64,000 nucleotides of DNA, taken from NCBI GenBank assembly GCA_020639315.1, contig JACKGM010000002.1, positions 286,321 through 350,320 on the forward strand, given 5' to 3'. Both the position numbers and the translations under genes were made by a program. This document shows positions 27,846 through 37,431 of the stretch, in pieces (positions within the stretch are counted from its first letter, which is position 1; every line of letters begins with the position of its first letter). The notes beneath the pieces were generated by a model, which saw nothing but the letters and a program-made list of their open reading frames with translations, did not search any database and was not told the origin of the DNA. The DNA comes from Candidatus Nomurabacteria bacterium (GTDB taxonomy: Bacteria; Patescibacteriota; Saccharimonadia; JAGOAT01).

Positions 27846-27900
27846 ACTATAGTCTATTTTACCCCAAACATTCCAGCCTGAAAATAGCCCTATAGCCGCC

Positions 27901-27952
27901 TATAGCAAGCTCAAAACAAAACCGGACAATTTGAGCTGTACTATAGAGAACT
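27901..27952. mobile_element. truncated MITE-A (left ~50 bp only)
   Basis: TATAGCAAGCTCAAAACAAAACCGGACAATTTGAGCTGTACTATAGAGAACT is identical to the left arm of full copies, after which similarity is lost. Confidence 0.7.
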
Positions 27953-28063
27953 ATAGCCCCCGTAAAACAAAACCTGTTTGTTTTGGGTGATTAGATTATC
28001 GATCTAGAATTGTCGGATGCAAAAATCCTATTTATATCATGCTATAATTGCTATAATAAAATC

Positions 28064-29551
28064 ATGCAAGATGACAAACCCCTAAACCCAGATCCAGAGT
28101 TTGCTAGTCTGATCCAAGATGCCCTGTCTGATGACACTAAGAAGTCCAAAGAAGCAATTCAAAAGATCAACAAGCATAAATACCAGATAGACACCTCCAA
28201 TGCAAAACAAATTCTAGACCTGATTAAGATAAGACAAACCTTCAATCAATCCCAAATATACACGCTCTATAGGATGGTAATAACTGCAGTCATAGGCTCG
28301 ACGGGGAGGGATTACTATGACCAGATTGTAGACTTCTTTTATGAAGGAATTACGAGTGACGACGGCAGAATCCGTGAACTCAGTCGAAAGCTCATCATGA
28401 ATTATAGCTTTTTTGCCCCCTTAGACAAAGCTGACCCCAGAGGATATAAAGCCTGGGATAAAGTAGTTGCTGAGATCGAAAAATTAATTTCACAATACAG
28501 CCCTAGTCAAAAACCCAACAATATCGAAGAGGCCAAACCATCTATTTACAAATCTCTAGCCCTTACTTGGTACGATGCTACAAAAGTGTTGCTTTACCAC
28601 CAGCGAAATGACCTAGAACAAGCAGTCATAGACTTAGACCTCCCCCCAGAATACCCGGACTACAATGACTTGGCCTACCAATTCACCAAAGACAAAGCAA
28701 TTGCCCAAATCTCGGCCTACTATCAAGAGCATGACCTCACCCAGACAAAAGAGCTACTAAAACAAATCGAAAACCGTTCAAAAAAAGATCTTAAATCGGT
28801 TCTCAAGAAACTAGGTAAATCCGAATACTACGCCAACTTGATAAAAGCAGCCAAAGCTGCAGTAGACGGCAAAATATCAGGGGAATACCTCTCAAGTGTT
28901 TTAGCCGAAATAGTACCAGAAATCTACAACCTAGACCCAGGAGAAGATGAGCAAAACTTAGATACTATCAGAAAATACAACCCAATCCTTAGATCAGTGA
29001 TGGATTTAAACGACAATCTGATTCTGGCTATTCCTCGATCTGTTCCTCACTCTATGCAAATGGTTCAGCCTGGATTCCAGGAGTATAATCGATCAAAACC
29101 AAAAAGAGTTGATTATAATCAATTTTTACAATCAATAATCAATATTCATGATGAAATTGACGCTTTTTATCAAGAAATCAGTACCAAGTGGAATAATGAA
29201 GTCAAAGAGTTTGAAAAACAATTCGGCAAGTCAAATATAGTAAAAAGCTATGACTTTAGTGAACTGACCCAAGTAGTTCACTTCGTTTTGACTTATCTAA
29301 TAGATGTCGACTATAGAATGCTTTTGACCAAGACACCGAAACAGATTGTTGCTATTTTGACTGCTATTATCTACTCCGTACCTCTTAGTTTTAATTTTAG
29401 ATTTGCAATGATATCAAATCAGGAATTAGCAGAATATGCGGGATGGAAATCAACCTCTAGCTTGCCTACTGGTTACGATAGTCTGACCCAAGAAGTTATA
29501 AGTAATCTACCAGACCCCACACTAATCTTGATCTCAGAACAAGACTCTTAA
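28064..29551 (+). CDS. hypothetical protein (~495 aa)
   Basis: Long ORF. The start is placed at ATG 28064 (MQDDKPLNPD) because TATAAT (28052-28057) lies 6 nt upstream. The track uses TTG at 28010. Confidence 0.5.
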   Translation: MQDDKPLNPDPEFASLIQDALSDDTKKSKEAIQKINKHKYQIDTSNAKQILDLIKIRQTFNQSQIYTLYRMVITAVIGSTGRDYYDQIVDFFYEGITSDDGRIRELSRKLIMNYSFFAPLDKADPRGYKAWDKVVAEIEKLISQYSPSQKPNNIEEAKPSIYKSLALTWYDATKVLLYHQRNDLEQAVIDLDLPPEYPDYNDLAYQFTKDKAIAQISAYYQEHDLTQTKELLKQIENRSKKDLKSVLKKLGKSEYYANLIKAAKAAVDGKISGEYLSSVLAEIVPEIYNLDPGEDEQNLDTIRKYNPILRSVMDLNDNLILAIPRSVPHSMQMVQPGFQEYNRSKPKRVDYNQFLQSIINIHDEIDAFYQEISTKWNNEVKEFEKQFGKSNIVKSYDFSELTQVVHFVLTYLIDVDYRMLLTKTPKQIVAILTAIIYSVPLSFNFRFAMISNQELAEYAGWKSTSSLPTGYDSLTQEVISNLPDPTLILISEQDS

Positions 29552-29591
29552 TAGACTTGTCCACCAGAACGGAATTTTACAAAATCTTCAT

Positions 29592-29655
29592 TTCGGGGTC
29601 TGACCCCGAACCCGACCTATATAACAGATATAAATGGTCGGGGTCTGACCCCGAA
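29592..29655. repeat. REPIN-like doublet R5
   Basis: TTCGGGGTCTGACCCCGAA...AACAGATATAAA...TCGGGGTCTGACCCCGAAG. Confidence 0.85.
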
Positions 29656-29737
29656 GTAGGGGTTTTGGGGTGTTGCCAAAAGAAGAGAAAAAGATGATTT
29701 TAGCTTCAAATTACGCTATAATAGTCTAGGCATCTAT

Positions 29738-29814
29738 AGGGGTGTAGCTCAGTTGGCTAGAGCATCGGTCTCCAAAACCGAGGGCCGCGGGTTCGAATCC
29801 TGCCACCCCTGCCA
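29738..29814 (+). tRNA. tRNA-Trp (anticodon CCA), CCA end encoded
   Basis: The cloverleaf was folded by hand. Acceptor AGGGGTG/CACCCCT, anticodon arm TCGGT-CTCCAAA-ACCGA, T-loop GGTTCGAATCC. Confidence 0.95.
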
Positions 29815-29898
29815 TTTTGTCTCAAACTATGCTAGAATGATTTCTAGCTCAAAACCCAGAACATCTGTACTTCCCCACTTCTGGTTTGAGAAACCCAT

Positions 29899-29949
<51 letters not shown>

Positions 29950-29973
<24 letters not shown>

Positions 29974-30083
29974 TACAGAATTTCACACAATGCATTTGAT
30001 AATCTCAATCTAGACTAAATTCTACCTTGGGCTACTAGTCTCAATTTTAACTGAGTTTTGAGTTTACACAATTTAGTTTATAA
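29950..30083 (+). repeat. att-like repeat copy A (tRNA-Asn 3' end plus ~110 bp downstream)
   Basis: Homologous to 31721-31854. The 24 bp GTTCGAATCCTCTCCCCGGAGCCA are identical, and the downstream TTGATAATCTCAATCTAGACTA...GAGTTTACACAATTTAGTTTATAA is ~85-90% identical. Confidence 0.8.
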
Positions 30084-30361
30084 TCTCTGCCCTTGGGGTT
30101 TTAAGAGAATTTGAACAAAGGTTAAGTAAATCTTTACCAGAATTAGGCTTATCGTTGGTTTAGAGAAGCTACACTCTATTAAGACTTACAGTTTAAAATT
30201 ACCAGATGGCTCTACAGTACCCGTAGATACAGACTTAACAAAAACACAAAGTATCTTGATGAAGTTATCTAGGGCGTGATTTGGGTGACCTAAACCGTGA
30301 AGTCAGGAACATCGTCGCGCCCATTTTTTGTATATCTCTAGCTTTTAGCTATCGTCCATAG

Positions 30362-31414
30362 CTACTTCTTTTTATAGCGCGTTGTTCGTCCTTGACCAAT
30401 TCGTTCCACTTTTTTGATATCAAGCAACCTGTTGAGTGCCTGAGACACCGTTGCCCTGGCTACCCCAGTTTTATCTGCAATCTCACCTGGCATGGCTTCT
30501 TCAACAGTCTGCAGATAACGCCAGACCTTGATTTGCTGGGGCGACAGGGTTTTTTCTAGGTTTTCATTTTCAACCAGCTTTATTGCTTGCTGAGCCTGCT
30601 CTAAAAGAAGCCCCAGAAAATAGACAGTCCAGTCGTTTATAGAATCGTCTTCAGTGTCAAAGGTTGCTTGACTTCTTCGTAGTGCCAAATAGTAGTTTGA
30701 CTTACTTTGTTCGACTAGTTTCTCGTGTGAAACGTATGGGGTGTATTCATAGCCTCTAGACAAAAGCAAATAATTAGTTAGCAGCCTTGACATACGGCCG
30801 TTGCCATCTAAGAATGGGTGAATCTTTAGGAAAGATACAATAAAGTTGGATATGATCAACAAAGGATGGTATTTGTTCTCGTGTAGAGCTTCAGTGTACC
30901 AGTCTACAAGTTCTTGCATTTCTTTGGGGGTTAGATACGCGGGAGTAGTTTCAAAGATTACCGCCAAAATATTACCTTCAACATCAGTCATCTCTACCTT
31001 ATTTTCTAGGTTTTTGTATTCACCTTTGTGCCAAACATCTTTGCTGGAGTATTGCAGCAACTGAGCGTGTAAATATTTGATTGTATTTTCGCTAAAATCA
31101 ATCGATTTATGGTTATCAAAGATAAATTCTAGTGTTTCATAGTAGCCTTGAACTTCTTGGGTGTCTCTTTCTGAAAATTTCTGTATTTTGAGATTGTCTA
31201 TATATTCTTCAACATCAGTATCAGACATTTCTGAGCCTTCGATACGTGTTGAGGAGCCAGTCGAGGTAATCAACGTAGAGCGCTTTAATGTACCCAGAAT
31301 CTGCGGGTTTAAGTTTGTCTTTCCAGACCATCGTCCTTTTAACTCATCTATCTGAGCAACAAGATTAATAACTTCCTTGGGTAACTTTTCTATACGCTTG
31401 TCATTGCTATTCAT
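30362..31414 (-). CDS. Fic/DOC-family protein with C-terminal winged-helix DNA-binding domain
   Basis: Canonical Fic motif HPFLDGNGRMSRLL. The C-terminus GEIADKTGVARATVSQALNRLL is HTH-like. Confidence 0.9.
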   Translation of the reverse strand: MNSNDKRIEKLPKEVINLVAQIDELKGRWSGKTNLNPQILGTLKRSTLITSTGSSTRIEGSEMSDTDVEEYIDNLKIQKFSERDTQEVQGYYETLEFIFDNHKSIDFSENTIKYLHAQLLQYSSKDVWHKGEYKNLENKVEMTDVEGNILAVIFETTPAYLTPKEMQELVDWYTEALHENKYHPLLIISNFIVSFLKIHPFLDGNGRMSRLLTNYLLLSRGYEYTPYVSHEKLVEQSKSNYYLALRRSQATFDTEDDSINDWTVYFLGLLLEQAQQAIKLVENENLEKTLSPQQIKVWRYLQTVEEAMPGEIADKTGVARATVSQALNRLLDIKKVERIGQGRTTRYKKK

Positions 31415-31502
31415 AATCTAATATAGAGTATATATGAGATTATATTAGATTACAAGAGATTAACGCCAAAAAAACTTGATTAATCTACAAATGGAACTAA
31501 GA

Positions 31503-31686
31503 TATAGCAAGCTCAAAACAAAATCCAATTCCCTGACTAAGATAATAGAGAACCAGTAGTTGAGTTCTTCTACTGAATCATATCCATGATATGGTGAAGG
31601 AGAAAACTCAGTCTAATGGACTCTAGTGTCTAGTCAGGAATTGTGATTGATAGAAATATCTGATTTTGTTTTTAACTTGCTGTATA
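31503..31686. mobile_element. MITE-A subfamily-2 copy (184 bp), uninterrupted
   Basis: Ends are TATAGCAAGCTCAAAACAAAATC and GATTTTGTTTTTAACTTGCTGTATA. Collinear with the 50071-50419 copy except for the MITE-B insertion there. Confidence 0.8.
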
Positions 31687-31720
31687 AAAGCCATACAGAG
31701 GCAGGTTATCTATGCCAAAA

Positions 31721-31854
31721 GTTCGAATCCTCTCCCCGGAGCCAAGTTGAATTTTACAAAATACGGTTGATAATCTCAATCTAGACTAGATTCTACCCTA
31801 GACTACTAGTCTCAATTTTAACTGAGATTTGAGTTTACACAATTTAGTTTATAA
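31721..31854 (+). repeat. att-like repeat copy B (displaced 24-bp tRNA-Asn 3' end plus downstream homology)
   Basis: See copy A. It also shares 39 bp (GAGCCAAGTTGAATTTTACAAAATACGGTTGATAATCTC) with copy C at 38500. Confidence 0.8.
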
Positions 31855-31952
31855 CTCAGTTCTGTGATCTGAGGCGAAATTCATATGACCAATGTCATAA
31901 TTCATACTAGCAGGATTTGAGGAGGTGCGAAACTCGTGTACAATAATGTTAT

Positions 31953-32135
31953 ATGGCAAACGACAAACTACCAGAGTATCTAACACTAAGTGAAGGGAGT
32001 AAGATGCTAAAAGTGCATCCAAACACCCTATGCAACTGGGATAAGAGTGGTACGCTCAAGCACATTCGGATTGGCGAGCGTAAGATACGCCGATACAAAA
32101 AAGAAGATGTACTAAAGTTTTTGGAGCTGAATTAG
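31953..32135 (+). CDS. excisionase-family helix-turn-helix DNA-binding protein (HTH_17/MerR-like)
   Basis: 60 aa. LTLSEGSKMLKVHPNTLCNWDKSGTLKHIRIGERKIRRY is typical of Xis/AlpA-type HTH proteins. First gene of the island operon. Confidence 0.7.
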   Translation: MANDKLPEYLTLSEGSKMLKVHPNTLCNWDKSGTLKHIRIGERKIRRYKKEDVLKFLELN

Positions 32136-32795
32136 ATGCGATTGTTAAACCACCAACCTGGTGAGCTACAAGAGAAGCTATCTGAGTACCTCAAGAAAGA
32201 CGCACTTTATAAAGCAGTTTTTGAATACACAAAAAGCCGATTTGAAAAAGCAAACCATTTGCCAGCACATAATTGGTCACACGCTTACAGGGATACCTTG
32301 AATGCGATTGTTATAGGCGAAGCAGAAAATGCAGATATGGCTATTGTTTTGCCAGCGATAACTATGCACGATATTGGCTTCCTGTACGGTGCTAGTGGTA
32401 AAACACACGGGGCTGTCGGTGCTGACAAGCTGGCTGAATACCTAAAAGAAGGTAACATCCAGTATTCTGATGATGCCATTGAAAAAATCGCTGCCTGCAT
32501 ACGTACCCATAAAGGAAGTATGCACAATGAAAAACCTGAAAGCTTGGAGGCGAAAGTTGTCGCAGATGCAGATTTACTTGAGAAGTTTGGACCATTTGGC
32601 GTCTACCAGAATATACGTACATTTACTGAGTTTAATTGGGCATTAGAGAAAAACCTTGAGCGTGCAACACAGATATTCAACCTAACTCTTGAAACTGGAA
32701 CAGGTAGACGATTAGCAGAGCCTGGCAGAAAATTTGTAGCTAATTTCTACAACCAACTAGCGGAAGCTTATGAACCATATCAGGAGCAGGAGTGA
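32136..32795 (+). CDS. HD-domain phosphohydrolase
   Basis: H...HD pattern (HNWSHAYR ... ITMHDIGF ... RTHKG ... DADLLE). Confidence 0.7.
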   Translation: MRLLNHQPGELQEKLSEYLKKDALYKAVFEYTKSRFEKANHLPAHNWSHAYRDTLNAIVIGEAENADMAIVLPAITMHDIGFLYGASGKTHGAVGADKLAEYLKEGNIQYSDDAIEKIAACIRTHKGSMHNEKPESLEAKVVADADLLEKFGPFGVYQNIRTFTEFNWALEKNLERATQIFNLTLETGTGRRLAEPGRKFVANFYNQLAEAYEPYQEQE

Positions 32796-33274
32796 CCGAC
32801 GAAGACTTTATCAAACTAGCCATTCAAGCTGCTAAAGATGCTGAGGCATCAGGCGGTGCTGCGATTGGGGCGATAATGGTCAAAGACGGTAAGGTTATCG
32901 CAAAAGGTTGGAGTAACCCCTACGGTAAGCGTGACCCGTCAAATCACGGCGAGATTGACTGTATCCGCAATTGTGCCAAAGAGAACGACTTGATGGATAT
33001 GCAAGGATGTACTTTATATGGAACACTTGAGCCTTGCTCTATGTGTACTGGTGCGGCATTGTGGGCTGGAGTAGACAGAATAGTATTCGGTGCATATGCA
33101 GCCGATGTAGCTGGTAACGACTACGAATATGATGATTATAGTTCTGAAAAATTAGCAAAGACTTCAAGAAAGTTAGCCGACCCAAGCCGAGGCAACATTG
33201 AGGTTGTTGGCGGCGTACTACGTGATGAGTGCAAAGAACTGCTTAAAGACTACAAAGGTTGGCAGAAGCAATGA
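32792..33274 (+). CDS. CDA-fold nucleoside/nucleotide deaminase (TadA/guanine-deaminase-like)
   Basis: HGEIDCI (H[AG]E) and LEPCSMCTGA (PCxxC) zinc-binding motifs. GTGA overlap with the upstream gene. Confidence 0.85.
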   Translation: MTDEDFIKLAIQAAKDAEASGGAAIGAIMVKDGKVIAKGWSNPYGKRDPSNHGEIDCIRNCAKENDLMDMQGCTLYGTLEPCSMCTGAALWAGVDRIVFGAYAADVAGNDYEYDDYSSEKLAKTSRKLADPSRGNIEVVGGVLRDECKELLKDYKGWQKQ

Positions 33275-33849
33275 AAAATGCAATCCTAGTTCCTGGCAGA
33301 CCAGATAAAGACGAATACTACGACCCAAAGTATCCAACCAACAGTAATGGACACTGGTTTCCTTGGTTGTCAAAGCAGTTACAAATCAATGATGTGTTTG
33401 CCGTGGCTATTGAACCGCCAAAACCTTGGCAACCAAGATATGATGTTTGGAAAAAAGAGTTTGAAAAGTTTGATATTACGCCTGAAACTGTCTTGGTAGG
33501 TCATAGCTGTGGTGGTGGTTTCCTGGTTCGCTGGCTCAGCGAGAACAAGGACAAAAAGGTTGGCAAAGTCATATTGGTCGCTCCTTGGCTAAATCCAGAG
33601 AACAACCCTGTTTCTGACACGGCTGACTTCTTTGAGTTTGAGATTGACCCAGACTTGGTTAGCCGCACTGCTGGCGTGACTATCTTCAATTCCGACAACG
33701 ACCAAGCAACGATACACAAGTCCGTTCAAATCATTCGTGATGAAGTCAAAGATGTTAGCTACAAAGAGTTTCACGACTATGGTCACTTCTGTTTTGAGGA
33801 TATGAACACCGAGGAGTTTCCTGAGCTAGCTGAGGAAGCGATAAAGTGA
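33271..33849 (+). CDS. alpha/beta serine hydrolase, YdeN/RBBP9-like
   Basis: ILVPGRPDKDEYYD...WFPWL...LVGHSCGGGF...ILVAPW. The start is placed at the ATGA overlap (33271) rather than the track TTG at 33259. Confidence 0.55.
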   Translation: MKNAILVPGRPDKDEYYDPKYPTNSNGHWFPWLSKQLQINDVFAVAIEPPKPWQPRYDVWKKEFEKFDITPETVLVGHSCGGGFLVRWLSENKDKKVGKVILVAPWLNPENNPVSDTADFFEFEIDPDLVSRTAGVTIFNSDNDQATIHKSVQIIRDEVKDVSYKEFHDYGHFCFEDMNTEEFPELAEEAIK

Positions 33850-34961
33850 GTGAGCAAATGACGAACCTTGATATGGAAAAAATCAATGCAGGTATAGCCG
33901 ATAGAACGGATGTTTTCTACTGGCAGACAGACCGTGCTGTTGACCCAGTCGAAGCTGGACATATCTGGGCAGACAGACACAGATACTTTACTGACAGTGA
34001 GCTGGTTGAGCGAGTAAACACGGCATTAAGTGACGCTAAACTAGCTGGTATTGAGCCACTGGACTTAGATGCTCAGACCAACCTAGGTAACGTAAACTCT
34101 GTTCGTGTAGGAACACTTGTGTCTGGTAAAGAAGTAATCTTGCGATGCCATCCAAAAGGTGTACGCAACGGTTATTTCCACGCCGAGGCAGCCGCATCAC
34201 ATCTTGCAAAAGAAACTGGCTTACCAAGCTACGATACGCTTGCTGTTCACGATTACGAGAACGGCGAAGACTTTGCCTTCCACGTCCTGGAAAAACTCTC
34301 AGGCACAGCTATCAAGAAGTGGCTTGAAGCTCATCCTGATGACGAAGCAGCCTTATTGCCTCAAATTGGCAGGATGATGGCACGACTACATCAAGTAAAA
34401 GTTGATGGTTTTGGACCATTTGATAATGAATGTGCTAAAACTGGTGAGCTTGTTGGGCTACACAAGACATTCGGCGAGGCAGTACGAGCTGGTTTGCCGT
34501 TTAATCTAGATGTATTGCAGAAAGAGGGCGTACTGACTGACGAGCAAACATCTGCCATTACTAAGTTGTTTGGCGACGACAATCCTTTGCTTACACTTGA
34601 ACAAGGTGTCTTGGTTCATAATGATTTTGCTGACTGGAACTTGCTGACTGACGGCAAAGACGTGACAGGTATTTTGGACTGGGACGAATGTGTGTCTGGT
34701 GATGCCGTTAGCGACATTGCTTGTTGGAGTACGTTCTTTGACCCTGAGCGATTAGAGGGTTTCTTGGAAGGCTATTGGCAGGTTGCGGATAAGCCATCCG
34801 ACTTCCAAGACAGGTTTGAGCTACTACGCTTACGATACGTGTTGTCTAAGATGACACTTCGTTTACGTCGCTATACCTGGGAACAAACTGACTTTATGCG
34901 TGAAAAAATTGAAACGGGTAAAGTACACTTGGCTCAATCAATGGAGTACTTTGGGATATGA
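33846..34961 (+). CDS. aminoglycoside-phosphotransferase (APH)/choline-kinase-family small-molecule kinase
   Basis: Brenner motif VLVHNDFADWNLL followed by GILDWDE. Size 371 aa. Confidence 0.75.
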   Translation: MSEQMTNLDMEKINAGIADRTDVFYWQTDRAVDPVEAGHIWADRHRYFTDSELVERVNTALSDAKLAGIEPLDLDAQTNLGNVNSVRVGTLVSGKEVILRCHPKGVRNGYFHAEAAASHLAKETGLPSYDTLAVHDYENGEDFAFHVLEKLSGTAIKKWLEAHPDDEAALLPQIGRMMARLHQVKVDGFGPFDNECAKTGELVGLHKTFGEAVRAGLPFNLDVLQKEGVLTDEQTSAITKLFGDDNPLLTLEQGVLVHNDFADWNLLTDGKDVTGILDWDECVSGDAVSDIACWSTFFDPERLEGFLEGYWQVADKPSDFQDRFELLRLRYVLSKMTLRLRRYTWEQTDFMREKIETGKVHLAQSMEYFGI

Positions 34962-35503
34962 AATTATACAGATTTAGTCCAATAGAGAATAAGGCGAGCC
35001 TGATAGAAGCCGTCAAATATACACACTTTGCCTGTTATGAACTTTGTAAGCAATCCTTTGGCTCATACTTACCTAACGCAGGTAATATGGGCATCTTTTG
35101 CCATTACGACGATGAATTTGAACAGCTTGTAACAATCCGCAAGGAACTGACAGAACCCTCTGATGACCCAAATCAGAAGTATTTCAAGCTACACGAACCG
35201 ATTGTTGTGCCTGAGCAAGATGGCGTACCAGAAACAACCTACACACATTTGTACATCCGAAAGCCAGACCCATATCGTCATCACGTTGGCGATGTTGATT
35301 TTTATCTTGAGCAACAGCAATACGATGAGCTGAAACAGTCGCTCATTGACGGCAAGCAAGTAAAGGGTGCAAGAGTATTCCCACGCAATGACCTGGATAT
35401 GGTTGAACTTTATGACCCTGATGTTGATGCACTTGGCTATGTAAGCACCAACACAATGACCGAGAAAGTAAGAATAAAACTATCTGACGAAACAAAACTA
35501 TGA
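34958..35503 (+). CDS. hypothetical protein (181 aa)
   Basis: ORF with ATGA overlaps at both ends. No motif recognised. Confidence 0.5.
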   Translation: MKLYRFSPIENKASLIEAVKYTHFACYELCKQSFGSYLPNAGNMGIFCHYDDEFEQLVTIRKELTEPSDDPNQKYFKLHEPIVVPEQDGVPETTYTHLYIRKPDPYRHHVGDVDFYLEQQQYDELKQSLIDGKQVKGARVFPRNDLDMVELYDPDVDALGYVSTNTMTEKVRIKLSDETKL

Positions 35504-36390
35504 GTAAGATTGCCGTAATTGCTGATGTACACCTTTTGCCTGAAACTCAGGAATTGATTAGCCAGTTATCCGCAACTACACTCGCTTTTCCGTCACAAGA
35601 CACTCAGCCAAGTGCTGATGAGCTTATTGAACGTACTGCGGATGCAGATGCCGTGTTAGTTAGCCCAGGAACTAAAATTACCGAGGAATATCTTAGTTCC
35701 TGTCCGTCCGTTAAATACATAGGCATTTGTGGTACTTCAAAGGAAAATGTTGACCTAGATGCTGTTGAAAAACGGCACATTACTCTTACGAACGTAGTTG
35801 ATTACGGCGATGAGCCAGCAGCTGAGTTTATCTTTATGCAACTTGAATACCTTGTCAGAGGTATGGGTCAGAACCAATGGAAAGATTATCCAACTGAGCT
35901 TATGGGCAAGAAAATGGGAATTATCGGCTTAGGTGCTTTAGGCACAGCTATTGCAAACCTGGCTCTGGCATACAAAATGGATGTTTCTTATCACAGCAAA
36001 ACGAGGAGGCCAGAGCAAGAACAACTTGGAGTTTCATATTCTGAAAAAGATGAGCTACTAAAAACCTGCCAAATCATCGTAATCTGCACACCTAGCAACC
36101 TTGTTGCAATTTCCAAGGACGATTTTGAACTTATTCAGTCCAATGTCATCATCGTTCAGGCAAGTATGGGTATGTGCCTAGACCAAGGAGCATTTCTTGA
36201 TTGGATAAAACAAGATAGCAACTTTGCATTGTTTGACTACTCGGCTGGTAACGAAAGCTACGAAGCCTACAAAGATTTACCAAGAGTTATTTTCCCTAAG
36301 GTTATCGCTGGTCACACTCAAGAAACCAAACAAAGACTTGGCGATAAAGTAATTCAAAACCTCAAGAAATATCTTGAAGGAAATGTATGA
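35500..36390 (+). CDS. D-isomer-specific 2-hydroxyacid dehydrogenase family protein
   Basis: NAD-binding GIIGLGALGTAIA (GxGxxG) and the overall two-domain layout. Confidence 0.75.
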   Translation: MSKIAVIADVHLLPETQELISQLSATTLAFPSQDTQPSADELIERTADADAVLVSPGTKITEEYLSSCPSVKYIGICGTSKENVDLDAVEKRHITLTNVVDYGDEPAAEFIFMQLEYLVRGMGQNQWKDYPTELMGKKMGIIGLGALGTAIANLALAYKMDVSYHSKTRRPEQEQLGVSYSEKDELLKTCQIIVICTPSNLVAISKDDFELIQSNVIIVQASMGMCLDQGAFLDWIKQDSNFALFDYSAGNESYEAYKDLPRVIFPKVIAGHTQETKQRLGDKVIQNLKKYLEGNV

Positions 36391-37049
36391 GCAAGCACGT
36401 AGTAATCTATTCACACGGTTTTGGTGTTCGCAAAGACGATAGAGGCTTGTTTACTGATATTGCCGATGCCATACCAGAAGCAAACCACGTGATGTTTGAC
36501 TACAACCACGTTGATGAGCGAGCAAATACGCTCACAGTCAGCCCATTACAAGAGCAAGTTCAAAAGCTCAGAGAGCAGCTTGAAAAGATTGAGGGTGATG
36601 CAATTATTGACGTTGTGGCACACTCCCAAGGTTGCCTCATAGCAGCACTTGCGAAACCACAGAATGTTCGGCAGATACTATGCCTTGCACCGCCAGATAA
36701 TGTGGACACCGAACGGCTAATCAACTTCTTCGGAAACCGTGAAGGTAGTATCGTTGATTTGGAAGGTCAATCACGAATACCCAGATGTGACGGCACTACA
36801 ACCATCATCCCTTCTGCATATTGGCAGAGCTTAAAGGGACTTGATGCCATTCGCTTATACAATCGCTTACCAGACTTAGCTAAGGTTAAGTTCGTAATTG
36901 CCAATGACGATGAAGTGCTTGGTATGAGCAATTTTGACAATACTGACGAACGCATTGAATTAGCTCAACTAGACGGCAGTCACGATTTTACAGATGAAGC
37001 TAGACAACCATTGGTTGATTTGGTTAGAAACGAGCTACTGAATGCCTGA
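36387..37049 (+). CDS. alpha/beta hydrolase
   Basis: VIYSHGFG (oxyanion region) and VAHSQGC (nucleophile elbow). A late GSHDF supplies the candidate His. Confidence 0.6.
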   Translation: MSKHVVIYSHGFGVRKDDRGLFTDIADAIPEANHVMFDYNHVDERANTLTVSPLQEQVQKLREQLEKIEGDAIIDVVAHSQGCLIAALAKPQNVRQILCLAPPDNVDTERLINFFGNREGSIVDLEGQSRIPRCDGTTTIIPSAYWQSLKGLDAIRLYNRLPDLAKVKFVIANDDEVLGMSNFDNTDERIELAQLDGSHDFTDEARQPLVDLVRNELLNA

Positions 37050-37422
37050 TGCGAAACAAAAGTTTGAAGTACGTAATTCCAGTATTTCAGGGAAAGGCTT
37101 GTTTGCTACGACATTGATTAAAGCAAGTGAAGCCGTTATTTCCTGGCATCCAAAAGTACTGACACGTGAAGAAGCTGATGCCTTACCATCATCCGAGCAT
37201 CACTATCTTTATCCTGATGGCGACAAGATGCTGTATATGCAAGCACCTGAGCGGTTTATGAACCATTCTTGCGAGCCTAATACGCACGTTGTCGGCAAAA
37301 GCGATGTTGCTATACGTGATATTGAACCTGGTGAAGAAATAACCTCAGACTATATGGACTTAGAAACTGAGAACTTTATTTGTCATTGTGGTTTAGAAAA
37401 TTGTAGGGGCAAGAAAAAGTGA
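37042..37422 (+). CDS. SET-domain methyltransferase with post-SET Cys cluster
   Basis: GKGLFA, FMNHSCEPN, GEEITSDY and C-terminal CHCGLENCRG. Confidence 0.9.
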   Translation: MPDAKQKFEVRNSSISGKGLFATTLIKASEAVISWHPKVLTREEADALPSSEHHYLYPDGDKMLYMQAPERFMNHSCEPNTHVVGKSDVAIRDIEPGEEITSDYMDLETENFICHCGLENCRGKKK

Positions 37423-37431
37423 GTATATGAT